64,000 nt of DNA from a virus (taxonomy: Duplodnaviria; Caudoviricetes). The notes under the pieces were generated by a model. It saw only the letters and a program-made list of their open reading frames with translations. It did no database searches and was not told where the DNA came from. The position numbers and the translations under genes are program-made. Shown piece after piece: positions 44,863 to 53,938 of the stretch (its first letter is position 1; the number at the start of each line of letters is the position of its first letter). The stretch lies in IMG/VR virus record IMGVR_UViG_3300043432_000485, positions 96,001 through 160,000 of that record; one strand, written 5' to 3'.

Positions 44863-47800
44863 CTAGCTCCCTTCCACTGCTAGTAGTTTCAACAGTTGGT
44901 TGTAGTTGTTGGTCTGGGCCTTGATGCGATTCGTCACCGCGGTTGTCTGCTGAACCACCAAGCCGCTCTCCAGATTGACCCGAGCGTCTATCCAGACGTA
45001 CCGTTTGTCATAGAGCTTGTCAGTGTTAGCCAAGATGTCCTGTACCTGAAGGGTGATCCCTGAGATAGCCGAGATACGGGAGGTGACCGCTGATGCCCTG
45101 GCATTCAAGTCCGTGGTCAAGGTAGCGCGTGCGAAAGCCCCAGGGTCCCCTGAGACAACCACAGGGGTGGTGATCAATGTGTTGAATGAAACTGCAGCTG
45201 CCAGCAAAGCGGCCACGGCCTGGTATAGAGAGAACAAGGCGGTGGCGGTGGCGGGGGCGACACCGAATAGGGACACCACTCGATACGCCACGCCCAAAGC
45301 CGAGAATGGGATCGCAGACGTCAAGGTGAGCTGTGTCTCGGAGTCCACGCTCTGAATCGCATAGATCCCAGCGTCCACCCCGGTCTTGATGTACACGAAG
45401 TCTGAAGGCGTGACCTTCGAGGTCACGAAGGTCGCTGCGGGATCCGTGAATGTCACTGACGCGCTCAAGTTGGTCGTGGTGGTGCCAACAGATGGGAACA
45501 CGTTGGTGAACACTTGGTCCAACGTGTCGGACAGGGTTGTCTGCTCAGCCGCGTACAGAGGAATCTCTCCAGCCAAAGCCGAGACGAGGGATGTCATGTA
45601 GTCGTTAGGAGTTCCACCATAGGTAGCCAGGGAGTTGTCCACCCGATACGAGTGCAATGTCATGTTGATCGAGGTAGCCGGAGTCACCGTGACCGTAGTT
45701 GCTGTGAAGGAGGAGATCTGACGGCGCTCACCCGTGTCAAAAGTGATGGTCCATCCAACCTGCACCCCGCTGAATGGGGAGACCCCAAACCCAACGATTG
45801 TAGTGAGAGTTGTGCCAGCTATCACGGAACCACTGATGGTGGTGCTGCTAACCGCTACCTCATACGTGAAGGGACTCGGGTCGAAAGTGAATGGCACCGA
45901 TACGGTCACGGTGCTGGCCCCCGCCCCGGAAGCTATGCGGAAGGATGAGCCGGCATTGACTCCGGACAGTATCCGAATCAGGTCGAAAGTCTGGGGAACA
46001 GGAGCCGGGAATGGTCCACCCGAGTCAGTGATGATTGTCCCCGCCAAATTCATGGTGCCAGTCGACACAAACGTCGGAGTAGTTGACGTCCGGATCAACC
46101 CAGAAGGACTGCTGATCAGCTGGTTCTCCGTGTAGAGATACCCGTTCTGTTCACAGTTTGGGTCTGGATTCTGGATGGGGAAGCTAAGGTCCCCGTCATC
46201 ATCCGAGATGCCTCCATACAGGGCTGGGAACTTGAACGGGGCGGTCAGAGTGTTGACCTGAGTCAGCTGGCCAGAGAGAGCTTCTTGGTTCGTCAGCGGA
46301 GTGGTGGACGGCGGGCTGACTATGAACGTCAGTTGCCCGGTCTCACCATGGAACGAGTAATCCAGTCCGAACACATGGTTTTTAACCCCGGCATCAGTTG
46401 GATCTTGATAGACAGTTGCACCCACCAAAGCGGTGCCTGTCAAAGGTGCGCTCAGAGACAACTGAGTCGAACTATCCACGGTAGCTGTAGTGCCTGGGGA
46501 AGACACTATGGAACCATCCTGGTTCTGAACAATGACCTTCATGCCAGTGGTGAAGAGAGGACGCAAGAACGAGCTGGAGCCGGAGGTGTTGTCAACCTTG
46601 AGGATGGAGGACCCAGATGTCAGGCTCGACTCCGTGACGATTGCCCACGCTTGCCTGGTGTGAAGGTTTGAGACGCCCGTGACATTCGTAGACCCGGTAT
46701 CGGCCACCTCATCCCCCGTATGCGGGGTGCCAGACAAGATGGTGGCCCCAAAGAAGTTGCGAGCAGTCGGATAAAGCCTGCTCAGGGGGCTTGCCACATA
46801 GTACTTCCGGTACGTCCCAATGGAAGTAGCAACGAAGGGAGGCCCTGTGAACGTATATGGGGCGTTCGAGATCTTGATCAGGTCGTCAATTTGGTTTCCG
46901 ACTGGAGGGGCTACGTTTCCAAGCACCCCATCGAACAAGAATGGACCATCGTTGTTGCCCACTACAGTGCCATCAAGTTCTCGCCGGTACTGCTCCAGCA
47001 GATTGATGGTGTCGTTGTAAAAGAGCAGGCTGGAGCGCGCCACTATGTCCTGGTTCGCTAGATGCCGCTCTGTGAAATACAAAGACTCCCTGCCCTGGTT
47101 GAACAGCTTAGGCTGAGAAGCGTTAGAAGTCTGAGGTCCGGATGAACCGCTACTGGCCGAGCTTGCGATCTCTGCCGCGTACTCCCCTCGAAAGTTGGTC
47201 ATAGTCTCGACACGGTAGAAGAAGGTGTCTGGGGACTTGATCGAGTAATCGGCAAGCAATGTCTGACCAAGCAATCCGTTAAGAGAGCTTGGGGTGACCT
47301 GGCAGGTATACGAAGAACGCAGTCTGACCCCGGCTTGAGCCACCACCCTCCCCGTGTAGAAGATCCCAAACTCCTCGTTTGGCCCAAGGGGTGTGGAGAA
47401 CACGATCCTACCCGTGTCATCAATCTTGTAGTCCGTTGGGGACGACAGAATCACCCCAAGCGCTCCTGCGACCCTCCTGTACACGACATAGGGCTGGGTC
47501 AGAACCGGAAGCCTGGAAGTGGTGACCTCCACAGTCGGGGGCTCGAAGATTGGGCGCAAAGAGTAGCTGAGGAACTGAGCTGGCAGTTGGTACTGACGAG
47601 GGGCCTTGGCAAGTAGCATCACCTTGGTGCGATCCGCGGCTGAATCGTACTCAGCTCCGGACACCTCCAACAGATCGGTGAATGTCGGACCGGCGTCCTG
47701 GAACAACACCACGGTGCCGGGTTTGTAGACTTTGCTCTTGTCCCCCGCCACGAAGAACGTGTTGCTGCCCCGGGCCACCGCCTCATAGGCCGCCATCTCT

Positions 47801-50709
47801 GGTGCAAAGTAAGTGGCGAGAGGAGTGACCCCCGAAGAGACGTAAACCTTGGGGGTCAGGAAGGAGTCCTGAAAGACTTGAGAGCCGGCAAGGGTGACGG
47901 TGGTCTGGTTGGATCCAACGTCAAAGGTTGAGCTTCCAATGAGGTAGACCTGCTCGTTCTCGATACGGAGCAGCAAGTCAGGCTGGAACACTGCGGTCTG
48001 ATCCCCGTATACCACGAACTGGTTGTTGGGGTTCCCATCCACGTCTGAGTCGCTGATGTTCACAGCTACAGAGAGCATGGGAGGCTGCAGAACCGTGAAA
48101 GTGTTCTCTCCTCCGACTGCCTTGGTGACGTAGTAATCGATGTAGACACGTTCGGAGGGTCCAATGGTGGCTCCGTGTGGAAGGGCATTCGTGATTTGCG
48201 AATCGGGCAAGAAGGTGATCGTGGAGCTAGCGGGGTCCACCACACACTGAGTGCCCAGCTTCTGAGGGCGACCACCGCGGAACACTGCCGGAGACGGGTT
48301 TGCCACTACCGGCAACCCGTCCACGTTGAAGTTCAGGGTTGATGTCGGGACAGGATGATCTTGGGTGATTTCCTTTCGGATCAGGAAGCTTGCCGCTTCT
48401 GTGATCGGAGCCCCTGGTAGAGTTGGGGGTGTGGTCGAAGGAGGAGCCACCGTATAGGTGATTCTGGCCTCTTCCCCAGAGAGCATGCGATCCGTTAGCT
48501 GAACCAACCCGAGCTGTGGCTGAATCACGTAGTCGACCTTAGGGGTCAAGACGCGCGCCCAGTAGACGTCCACCCCAAGGTCCGCGGCTACAAAGTTCAG
48601 CTCCCCAGTGGACGACTTGATCTGAACGGTCCCAGCCGGAGGGGAAGTGAAGCTTCCAACCACTACTGTGGTGGCAAACTGGGTGTCCCCCAGCCTGAAC
48701 CCCGAGCTGTTCACGTACGCGAGAGGGACGCTGAGGCGCGGAGAGTTGGAGGCCACCCCGAGTAGACGAATCCTCTCCACCTGAGTGGATGGGTCCAACA
48801 GAACCACCTCATCGAAGTAGCGATCAGCCAGTATCTCACTAGCTGAGTAGATCGTGTAATGAGCGGCTGGTTCTGTCAGCGGCGCTGGGGAGATTGGAAC
48901 AGTATCAAAGCTCGGACCAGCCGAAACCGTGTACACTCCTTTGGCCGGAGTATCCTGGATCACCACCAGATAGTCTGGCTGAACCCCATCCACCAAGAAT
49001 TGGGCTGTAGGGTCCGACAGCTCCGATAGCACGTTGCTCAAAGAGCCGATGCCTTGGGCCAAGGGCGCCGTGGTGGAGGTCAGGGATACGGCCCCAGAAG
49101 CGGCGTCCACAATCGCGTCTTGCCCAAGCACCAACGGCGTATAGACATTGGAGCCCGGAGCTGTCTCCATCTCCAACACCAAGTTCCCCGTCAAAAGCAG
49201 CGGATCAGGGAGCACCACATCAGTGGCGGGGAGCTGGATAAGGGTGAGCTGCTGATACTTCTGCTGAGCGAAGAACAGAGCCCCCGCGTCAAAGTCAATG
49301 TAGTACCCAAATCTTCCCGATGTCACGGGACCATCGAGGCGAGGGAAGTTGTCACTGGTTAGGGTGCCCTGGCCCTGAACCACCTTAACGGTCAAGGGGT
49401 ACGCAGGGTCATCAATCGGGATCGAAGGCAAGAAGACTTGAGGGGATTGGATGATGGGATCCGCCCACGTGGCTCCGACAACCGTGTAGAACTCCGTTAC
49501 GTCTTTCACGTCAGAGAGCGCCGCGTCAAGGTTTACTGGCGTGCGCAATAGGCGCACTGAAATACCGCGTTCGATCAGCAAGTCCCCAAACGTTACGAAA
49601 ACGATCTTCCCCGCATACTTGGTCTGATCCGCGGAAGAGAACTGGACGGCCCCTGTGCCTGGATTCACCTGGACCACCCCAGATTGTCCAGGTGATGAGA
49701 AGGCAGTCGTGTATGTGAACTGAGGGAACTGATAGTAGGGGTTAGCCGACGGCACAGAGAAGATCAGATCCGCCCCAATCGAAGGCAGTCCCACGATAGC
49801 GCTGGGGGAACCGATCAACCCCAAGGGCTGGGATGGCAGTGAGAGCCCAGTAGCGAACAACACTCCATCATAGTAAACGGGCAGCCCAGCAGCGGCGTCC
49901 GTTGGATTGAAGTTGAGACGGCCGGTGGTCAGTGCCCACTGAACGGTCCCGCTTGGAGGCACGGTAAAGGCGCCCTCGGTAGCCACCTCCACGGTCTGTA
50001 GATACAGCCCATACCCAAACCTCAACAGAGGGAACTGTCCCGTTCCGGGTTTGGGGCTCAGAATCAGAACTGGGTCCCCCACCAGCAACGGGGGTATGCC
50101 TAGGCGGCCGGTGGATTCCTTGGAGTCGAAAAACTGCTGTTGCTGAAAACGTACGAGCTGCCCTGAATAGGTAGTCAGGTCCCCCGTGTTCCAGTTCAAG
50201 TTGCCAGTATCGAGAGACAGTTGAACTGTGCCAGGTGCTGGAAGTGTGAATCCCAGGTCGTTAGCAACTACCGCGATGGGGAATGTGGTGCCGCTTCCAG
50301 TGGCACCCACAGAAATCCTGTAGGGAGCATCTGGGACCGGTGCCGCTTGCACTGGGGGGCGCACCTTCAGTCGAGTGGTGTTCGAGTTGCTGTCAAGCGT
50401 CCCAACTTGCGCGGGAGCAGACCCCGGCAATGGCTTGAAACTTCCAGCCGCGGCGGCATACCCAAAACGATCCACGATCTCGTTCTTGGTCCATCCGAAG
50501 TTGGCGGACGTGAGCAACCCCGGGCGCGGGGCTCCTTCCCCCGTCACCATCACCAGGTATTCGGTCCGCGGTTGGTCCTCCGCCGATGGGTACGCGGCAT
50601 CAAAGGCGATCGCATCGGACACCAAATTGTCCGGCGTCTGGGTGAAAGGGGAGTTGGATTGCCCCACCCTGATCGACTCAAGCACATATCCGCTGATCTT
50701 GAAGCTCAT
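44863..50709 (-). CDS. Very large baseplate/tail structural protein with repeated beta-modules
   Basis: 1948 aa. Recurrent GTVQ...TG.LNF / V.D..SG.V.F motifs and a helical C-terminus. Confidence 0.75.
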   Translation of the reverse strand: MSFKISGYVLESIRVGQSNSPFTQTPDNLVSDAIAFDAAYPSAEDQPRTEYLVMVTGEGAPRPGLLTSANFGWTKNEIVDRFGYAAAAGSFKPLPGSAPAQVGTLDSNSNTTRLKVRPPVQAAPVPDAPYRISVGATGSGTTFPIAVVANDLGFTLPAPGTVQLSLDTGNLNWNTGDLTTYSGQLVRFQQQQFFDSKESTGRLGIPPLLVGDPVLILSPKPGTGQFPLLRFGYGLYLQTVEVATEGAFTVPPSGTVQWALTTGRLNFNPTDAAAGLPVYYDGVLFATGLSLPSQPLGLIGSPSAIVGLPSIGADLIFSVPSANPYYQFPQFTYTTAFSSPGQSGVVQVNPGTGAVQFSSADQTKYAGKIVFVTFGDLLIERGISVRLLRTPVNLDAALSDVKDVTEFYTVVGATWADPIIQSPQVFLPSIPIDDPAYPLTVKVVQGQGTLTSDNFPRLDGPVTSGRFGYYIDFDAGALFFAQQKYQQLTLIQLPATDVVLPDPLLLTGNLVLEMETAPGSNVYTPLVLGQDAIVDAASGAVSLTSTTAPLAQGIGSLSNVLSELSDPTAQFLVDGVQPDYLVVIQDTPAKGVYTVSAGPSFDTVPISPAPLTEPAAHYTIYSASEILADRYFDEVVLLDPSTQVERIRLLGVASNSPRLSVPLAYVNSSGFRLGDTQFATTVVVGSFTSPPAGTVQIKSSTGELNFVAADLGVDVYWARVLTPKVDYVIQPQLGLVQLTDRMLSGEEARITYTVAPPSTTPPTLPGAPITEAASFLIRKEITQDHPVPTSTLNFNVDGLPVVANPSPAVFRGGRPQKLGTQCVVDPASSTITFLPDSQITNALPHGATIGPSERVYIDYYVTKAVGGENTFTVLQPPMLSVAVNISDSDVDGNPNNQFVVYGDQTAVFQPDLLLRIENEQVYLIGSSTFDVGSNQTTVTLAGSQVFQDSFLTPKVYVSSGVTPLATYFAPEMAAYEAVARGSNTFFVAGDKSKVYKPGTVVLFQDAGPTFTDLLEVSGAEYDSAADRTKVMLLAKAPRQYQLPAQFLSYSLRPIFEPPTVEVTTSRLPVLTQPYVVYRRVAGALGVILSSPTDYKIDDTGRIVFSTPLGPNEEFGIFYTGRVVAQAGVRLRSSYTCQVTPSSLNGLLGQTLLADYSIKSPDTFFYRVETMTNFRGEYAAEIASSASSGSSGPQTSNASQPKLFNQGRESLYFTERHLANQDIVARSSLLFYNDTINLLEQYRRELDGTVVGNNDGPFLFDGVLGNVAPPVGNQIDDLIKISNAPYTFTGPPFVATSIGTYRKYYVASPLSRLYPTARNFFGATILSGTPHTGDEVADTGSTNVTGVSNLHTRQAWAIVTESSLTSGSSILKVDNTSGSSSFLRPLFTTGMKVIVQNQDGSIVSSPGTTATVDSSTQLSLSAPLTGTALVGATVYQDPTDAGVKNHVFGLDYSFHGETGQLTFIVSPPSTTPLTNQEALSGQLTQVNTLTAPFKFPALYGGISDDDGDLSFPIQNPDPNCEQNGYLYTENQLISSPSGLIRTSTTPTFVSTGTMNLAGTIITDSGGPFPAPVPQTFDLIRILSGVNAGSSFRIASGAGASTVTVSVPFTFDPSPFTYEVAVSSTTISGSVIAGTTLTTIVGFGVSPFSGVQVGWTITFDTGERRQISSFTATTVTVTPATSINMTLHSYRVDNSLATYGGTPNDYMTSLVSALAGEIPLYAAEQTTLSDTLDQVFTNVFPSVGTTTTNLSASVTFTDPAATFVTSKVTPSDFVYIKTGVDAGIYAIQSVDSETQLTLTSAIPFSALGVAYRVVSLFGVAPATATALFSLYQAVAALLAAAVSFNTLITTPVVVSGDPGAFARATLTTDLNARASAVTSRISAISGITLQVQDILANTDKLYDKRYVWIDARVNLESGLVVQQTTAVTNRIKAQTNNYNQLLKLLAVEGS

Positions 50710-51291
50710 CTAGATTACCGTCCCGAACCCGACACCGGAGCTGCCCACAATAGAAGGGGTCCCAACAATGGGAATGCCAGGCTGCACGAATGAAGCGAAA
50801 ACCATGTCCAAGGCTGTGCCGATGGCTTGGGCCATCTTGGTTGGCCCAATGCCAGTCATCCCCACCGCAGAGAAACCAGCCAACATGGCCGGCACCGCCG
50901 TGGGTCCAGTGATACGAGCTACACCTGCGCCGACGCCAACGGTGGGGTGATTGGTCTGCAAAAGAGCAAGAGCGAGCCACCCCGTGCACAAACCCGTCGT
51001 CAAGCCCTGAATGAACAGCGGCGCAAGGGTTCCAAGGATGCCCACAGACACGAAACCGGTAACTAAAGAGGATTGCACCAAGGGATTGGGCACGATCAAT
51101 GGGATGATGCCCGTCCCTACCCCAAGAGTCCCAGCGTCCACCGTGGTCACCTTGGATTCTATGGTCAAAAACTGACACACCCCCATCGAAAGACCGAGGG
51201 CAAACTTGGGCACACCAGTCCCTAGATTCCCTGTGGAGATCAGGTTGGGGGTGATGAACCCGGCAGCCAGAGCTGGAGGATTCAATGGCAT
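50710..51291 (-). CDS. Gly-rich hydrophobic protein with three internal repeats; candidate spike-tip protein
   Basis: 193 aa, first structural gene after the spike. Three ~60-aa repeats (see findings). Confidence 0.55.
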   Translation of the reverse strand: MPLNPPALAAGFITPNLISTGNLGTGVPKFALGLSMGVCQFLTIESKVTTVDAGTLGVGTGIIPLIVPNPLVQSSLVTGFVSVGILGTLAPLFIQGLTTGLCTGWLALALLQTNHPTVGVGAGVARITGPTAVPAMLAGFSAVGMTGIGPTKMAQAIGTALDMVFASFVQPGIPIVGTPSIVGSSGVGFGTVI

Positions 51292-51782
51292 CGCCCCTCC
51301 TTCAGGTAGTTTGCCAGCCGAATGAATACTTCCGGGTCAGTGCAATCCTGCTTGATCGTGTTAGCAAGATGGCTGATTACCGCAATGTTACCTGGAACGT
51401 ACCCGAGGGCTGGAATGATGCGATCCAGTGTCATGGATGTGGGTCCAACCTTCCTTACCCCACGTTTAAAAGGCACCAAGGTGATCGGGCAGCACCCGTC
51501 TAAAGGTATGACCTTGCGGATGTCCTCGGCAGTTATACCCCACGGAAGGTTCTCTTTTCTCGCCCTTTGCTTTGCACACTTCAAGAGTAGGATCTCTGGA
51601 TTTGCTATGTAATATTCGCGCTCTTTGTTTCGGACCTGCTCCAGATGTTCCTTGCGATACTGTTTGGCATCAGCACGGAATTTGTCGGAATGATCAGCGT
51701 AGTATTTAGTATTGTAGGCTCGTCTACTCTGACGATGAGCGTCCAACTCTTCTACGGACATGGAGGATACTGGTTTAGTCAT
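51282..51782 (-). mobile_element. HNH-like (His-Me finger) homing endonuclease
   Basis: Basic helical N-terminus, then CPITLVPF...TLDRIIPALGYVPGNIAVISHLANTIKQD. Overlaps both neighbours. Confidence 0.8.
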
Positions 51783-53938
51783 AGGAGAGACCTAAATGTA
51801 GCTGAACCAGCCAGAGGCAAACCGGTTATCCAGTCCAGGCTAGGGGATCCTGGGGGCATCATAGGGCTCCCGCGGCAGACGCCCAGAGAAGCTCCAGCAC
51901 CTCCAACCATGACCTGAGCAGACGTAAGAGTGATCGACGTCGGGGCGGTCAGATTCATGGTGGTCCCAGCGTTCACCGACACCGCTAACCCGGCGGTTAC
52001 CGTAACCGATCCTGCTCCTGACGAGAGGGTCATGGAACCAAGGGCAGTGGAAATCGATACGGACCCTGTACCCACCGACACCGTGTACGAGCCGGCGGCT
52101 ACCGTGGTGGACATCGAGCCTCCCAGCACATTGATCGTGCGGTCCCCCACAACTGCAGTCTCAGTCAAGCCACCAGACAAGATTGTGGATGTCTTGCCTC
52201 CTGTGACGATCGTTTCGGTGACCGCCTGAGCGTACTGGAACTGGCTCTTCCCTGAACTCAGGACATCGATGCTGCCAGTGTTCAGCGCGAACCCAGAAGG
52301 GGAGTTGATGCTGAGCCGATCGGCCAAGATGGAGTAGCCACCACTGACATTCGTGATCTTGGCTCCGTTCACTCCTTCTGTGCTATCCGCGGATGTGAAC
52401 GACTCTCTGTTCCCTTGGAGTTGCTCAGAGTATGCGACGTTGTTGTTGTCAGGCACCCCCTGAGCTTCTATCACGTAGGAGGAATGGGTCCTGAACTTCA
52501 AGCCAGCACCAGAGGAACCCCCGCGGAAGTCGAAAATAGCACCGCCATCCAGGGTCAAATGCAGAGCTATGTTGTCTGGCTTGGCGGCACCAAGACGCAT
52601 CTTCAGAGCGCCTTCCATGTTGATTTCAGCCGATACGTTCTTGGTACCAGATGGGTAGTTCTCTACCCTAGATCCGGGAATGTTGACGAACAGCTTACCT
52701 TGCTTAGACACCGCTGCCGCAAAGGCGCTGATGGTGTCGGAACGCCCAGCGGGGTTGGCTGGAGGGGTTATCCTGAGCAAGTAGGCGCCGGCTGTTGTGT
52801 ACGCCTCAGTATCGTCTAACGGGGACCTGGCAATGGCCTCCGTGGTGAACGTAGAGAGCCCGGTAGCTAGGAAGTCGTCGAAGAGCTTGGGGCGTAGAAG
52901 CTGGCCGTATTGCTGCAACCCCGTATCCGAGGACGTGTCGTTGCCAATCAGGGTACCCATCACGCGTTCGATGTAGATGGCTTTGCGGTCCATCTGGAAC
53001 CCATCGATCTCTTCCCGCACCTCCTGCACCAAATCAGTGGTGTGGGTCATCTCAACGCGGTCTTCCGTGTAGGGCTCCGCCCCAGCACCGGTATCAGGGT
53101 CCTCGAAGTTGACTCCGGAAAATGTGCTCTGGTAGTACGCCTGACGCCCATTCGAGAATGTGACCGGCGGCGATGCTGTTGAGTCGTTGATCGTGTCGAA
53201 CACGGTGTTCTCGCTGACCGTGAGACGCTTCAGGACGGTATCCCCGAAGAAGCGCTGTGCACTCGTCTTGAGAGTCTTGCCGTCGGCAAAAATGTCTGGT
53301 GGCAAGAAGAACCCGGAGCGCCTGGCTGGCCCGGACATTCGAAGAATGCCCGCCTCGTTGTCGACACGATGGACGGATTGAGACACTAGGGTGCGATCGG
53401 AGTCCCGGATCTCCAACAGGTCACCCGCTCGGTTGGCCATCTTGACGTCGTTGGACAGCACAAGCTCAGATCCGCCAGACGACATGCCTCCTACGTCTCC
53501 TGGGCGCAGCTTCAAACGCTTGTAGCGAATCTGAGGGGTGAAAATCTTGCTGTAGTTGTCAGCATCCTCTGGGGAAATCTCAGATGGGTCCGACGGGCTG
53601 AACGGATCGAAACGCATCGCTGACCGCTTGCCAGCGATCGGCAGGTAACCGAGTATGACGGCTTCATGCAGCTGCTTGTGCTTCCGACGATACCCGATGA
53701 TCACCATCGAGTTTACTTCGGGGATGCCTCCCCAGAAGCTACGCGGCCCAACTTGGGCTTGCGTCAGGTCAATCTCGACGCGCTCCCCTCCGCCAGTGAT
53801 CACCTTGATGTCACATTTCAGCTCTTGCTCATCCACACGGGTGATGATGCCGATCTTCAGGCCATAAGGGGCTCCCGTGTCCACGAACTCAGAGCCCGGG
53901 ACGTATCCTGAAGGATTCTTTGGTCTGTAGTCTGACAT
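51779..53938 (-). CDS. Baseplate central spike (gp5/gpV/VgrG-like)
   Basis: N-terminal OB-fold (GIITRVD...GGIPEVNSMVIIGY) and C-terminal short beta-repeat stack (TIVTGGKTSTILSGG...VSVGTGSVSISTA). Directly after the hub gene. Confidence 0.8.
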   Translation of the reverse strand: MSDYRPKNPSGYVPGSEFVDTGAPYGLKIGIITRVDEQELKCDIKVITGGGERVEIDLTQAQVGPRSFWGGIPEVNSMVIIGYRRKHKQLHEAVILGYLPIAGKRSAMRFDPFSPSDPSEISPEDADNYSKIFTPQIRYKRLKLRPGDVGGMSSGGSELVLSNDVKMANRAGDLLEIRDSDRTLVSQSVHRVDNEAGILRMSGPARRSGFFLPPDIFADGKTLKTSAQRFFGDTVLKRLTVSENTVFDTINDSTASPPVTFSNGRQAYYQSTFSGVNFEDPDTGAGAEPYTEDRVEMTHTTDLVQEVREEIDGFQMDRKAIYIERVMGTLIGNDTSSDTGLQQYGQLLRPKLFDDFLATGLSTFTTEAIARSPLDDTEAYTTAGAYLLRITPPANPAGRSDTISAFAAAVSKQGKLFVNIPGSRVENYPSGTKNVSAEINMEGALKMRLGAAKPDNIALHLTLDGGAIFDFRGGSSGAGLKFRTHSSYVIEAQGVPDNNNVAYSEQLQGNRESFTSADSTEGVNGAKITNVSGGYSILADRLSINSPSGFALNTGSIDVLSSGKSQFQYAQAVTETIVTGGKTSTILSGGLTETAVVGDRTINVLGGSMSTTVAAGSYTVSVGTGSVSISTALGSMTLSSGAGSVTVTAGLAVSVNAGTTMNLTAPTSITLTSAQVMVGGAGASLGVCRGSPMMPPGSPSLDWITGLPLAGSATFRSLL

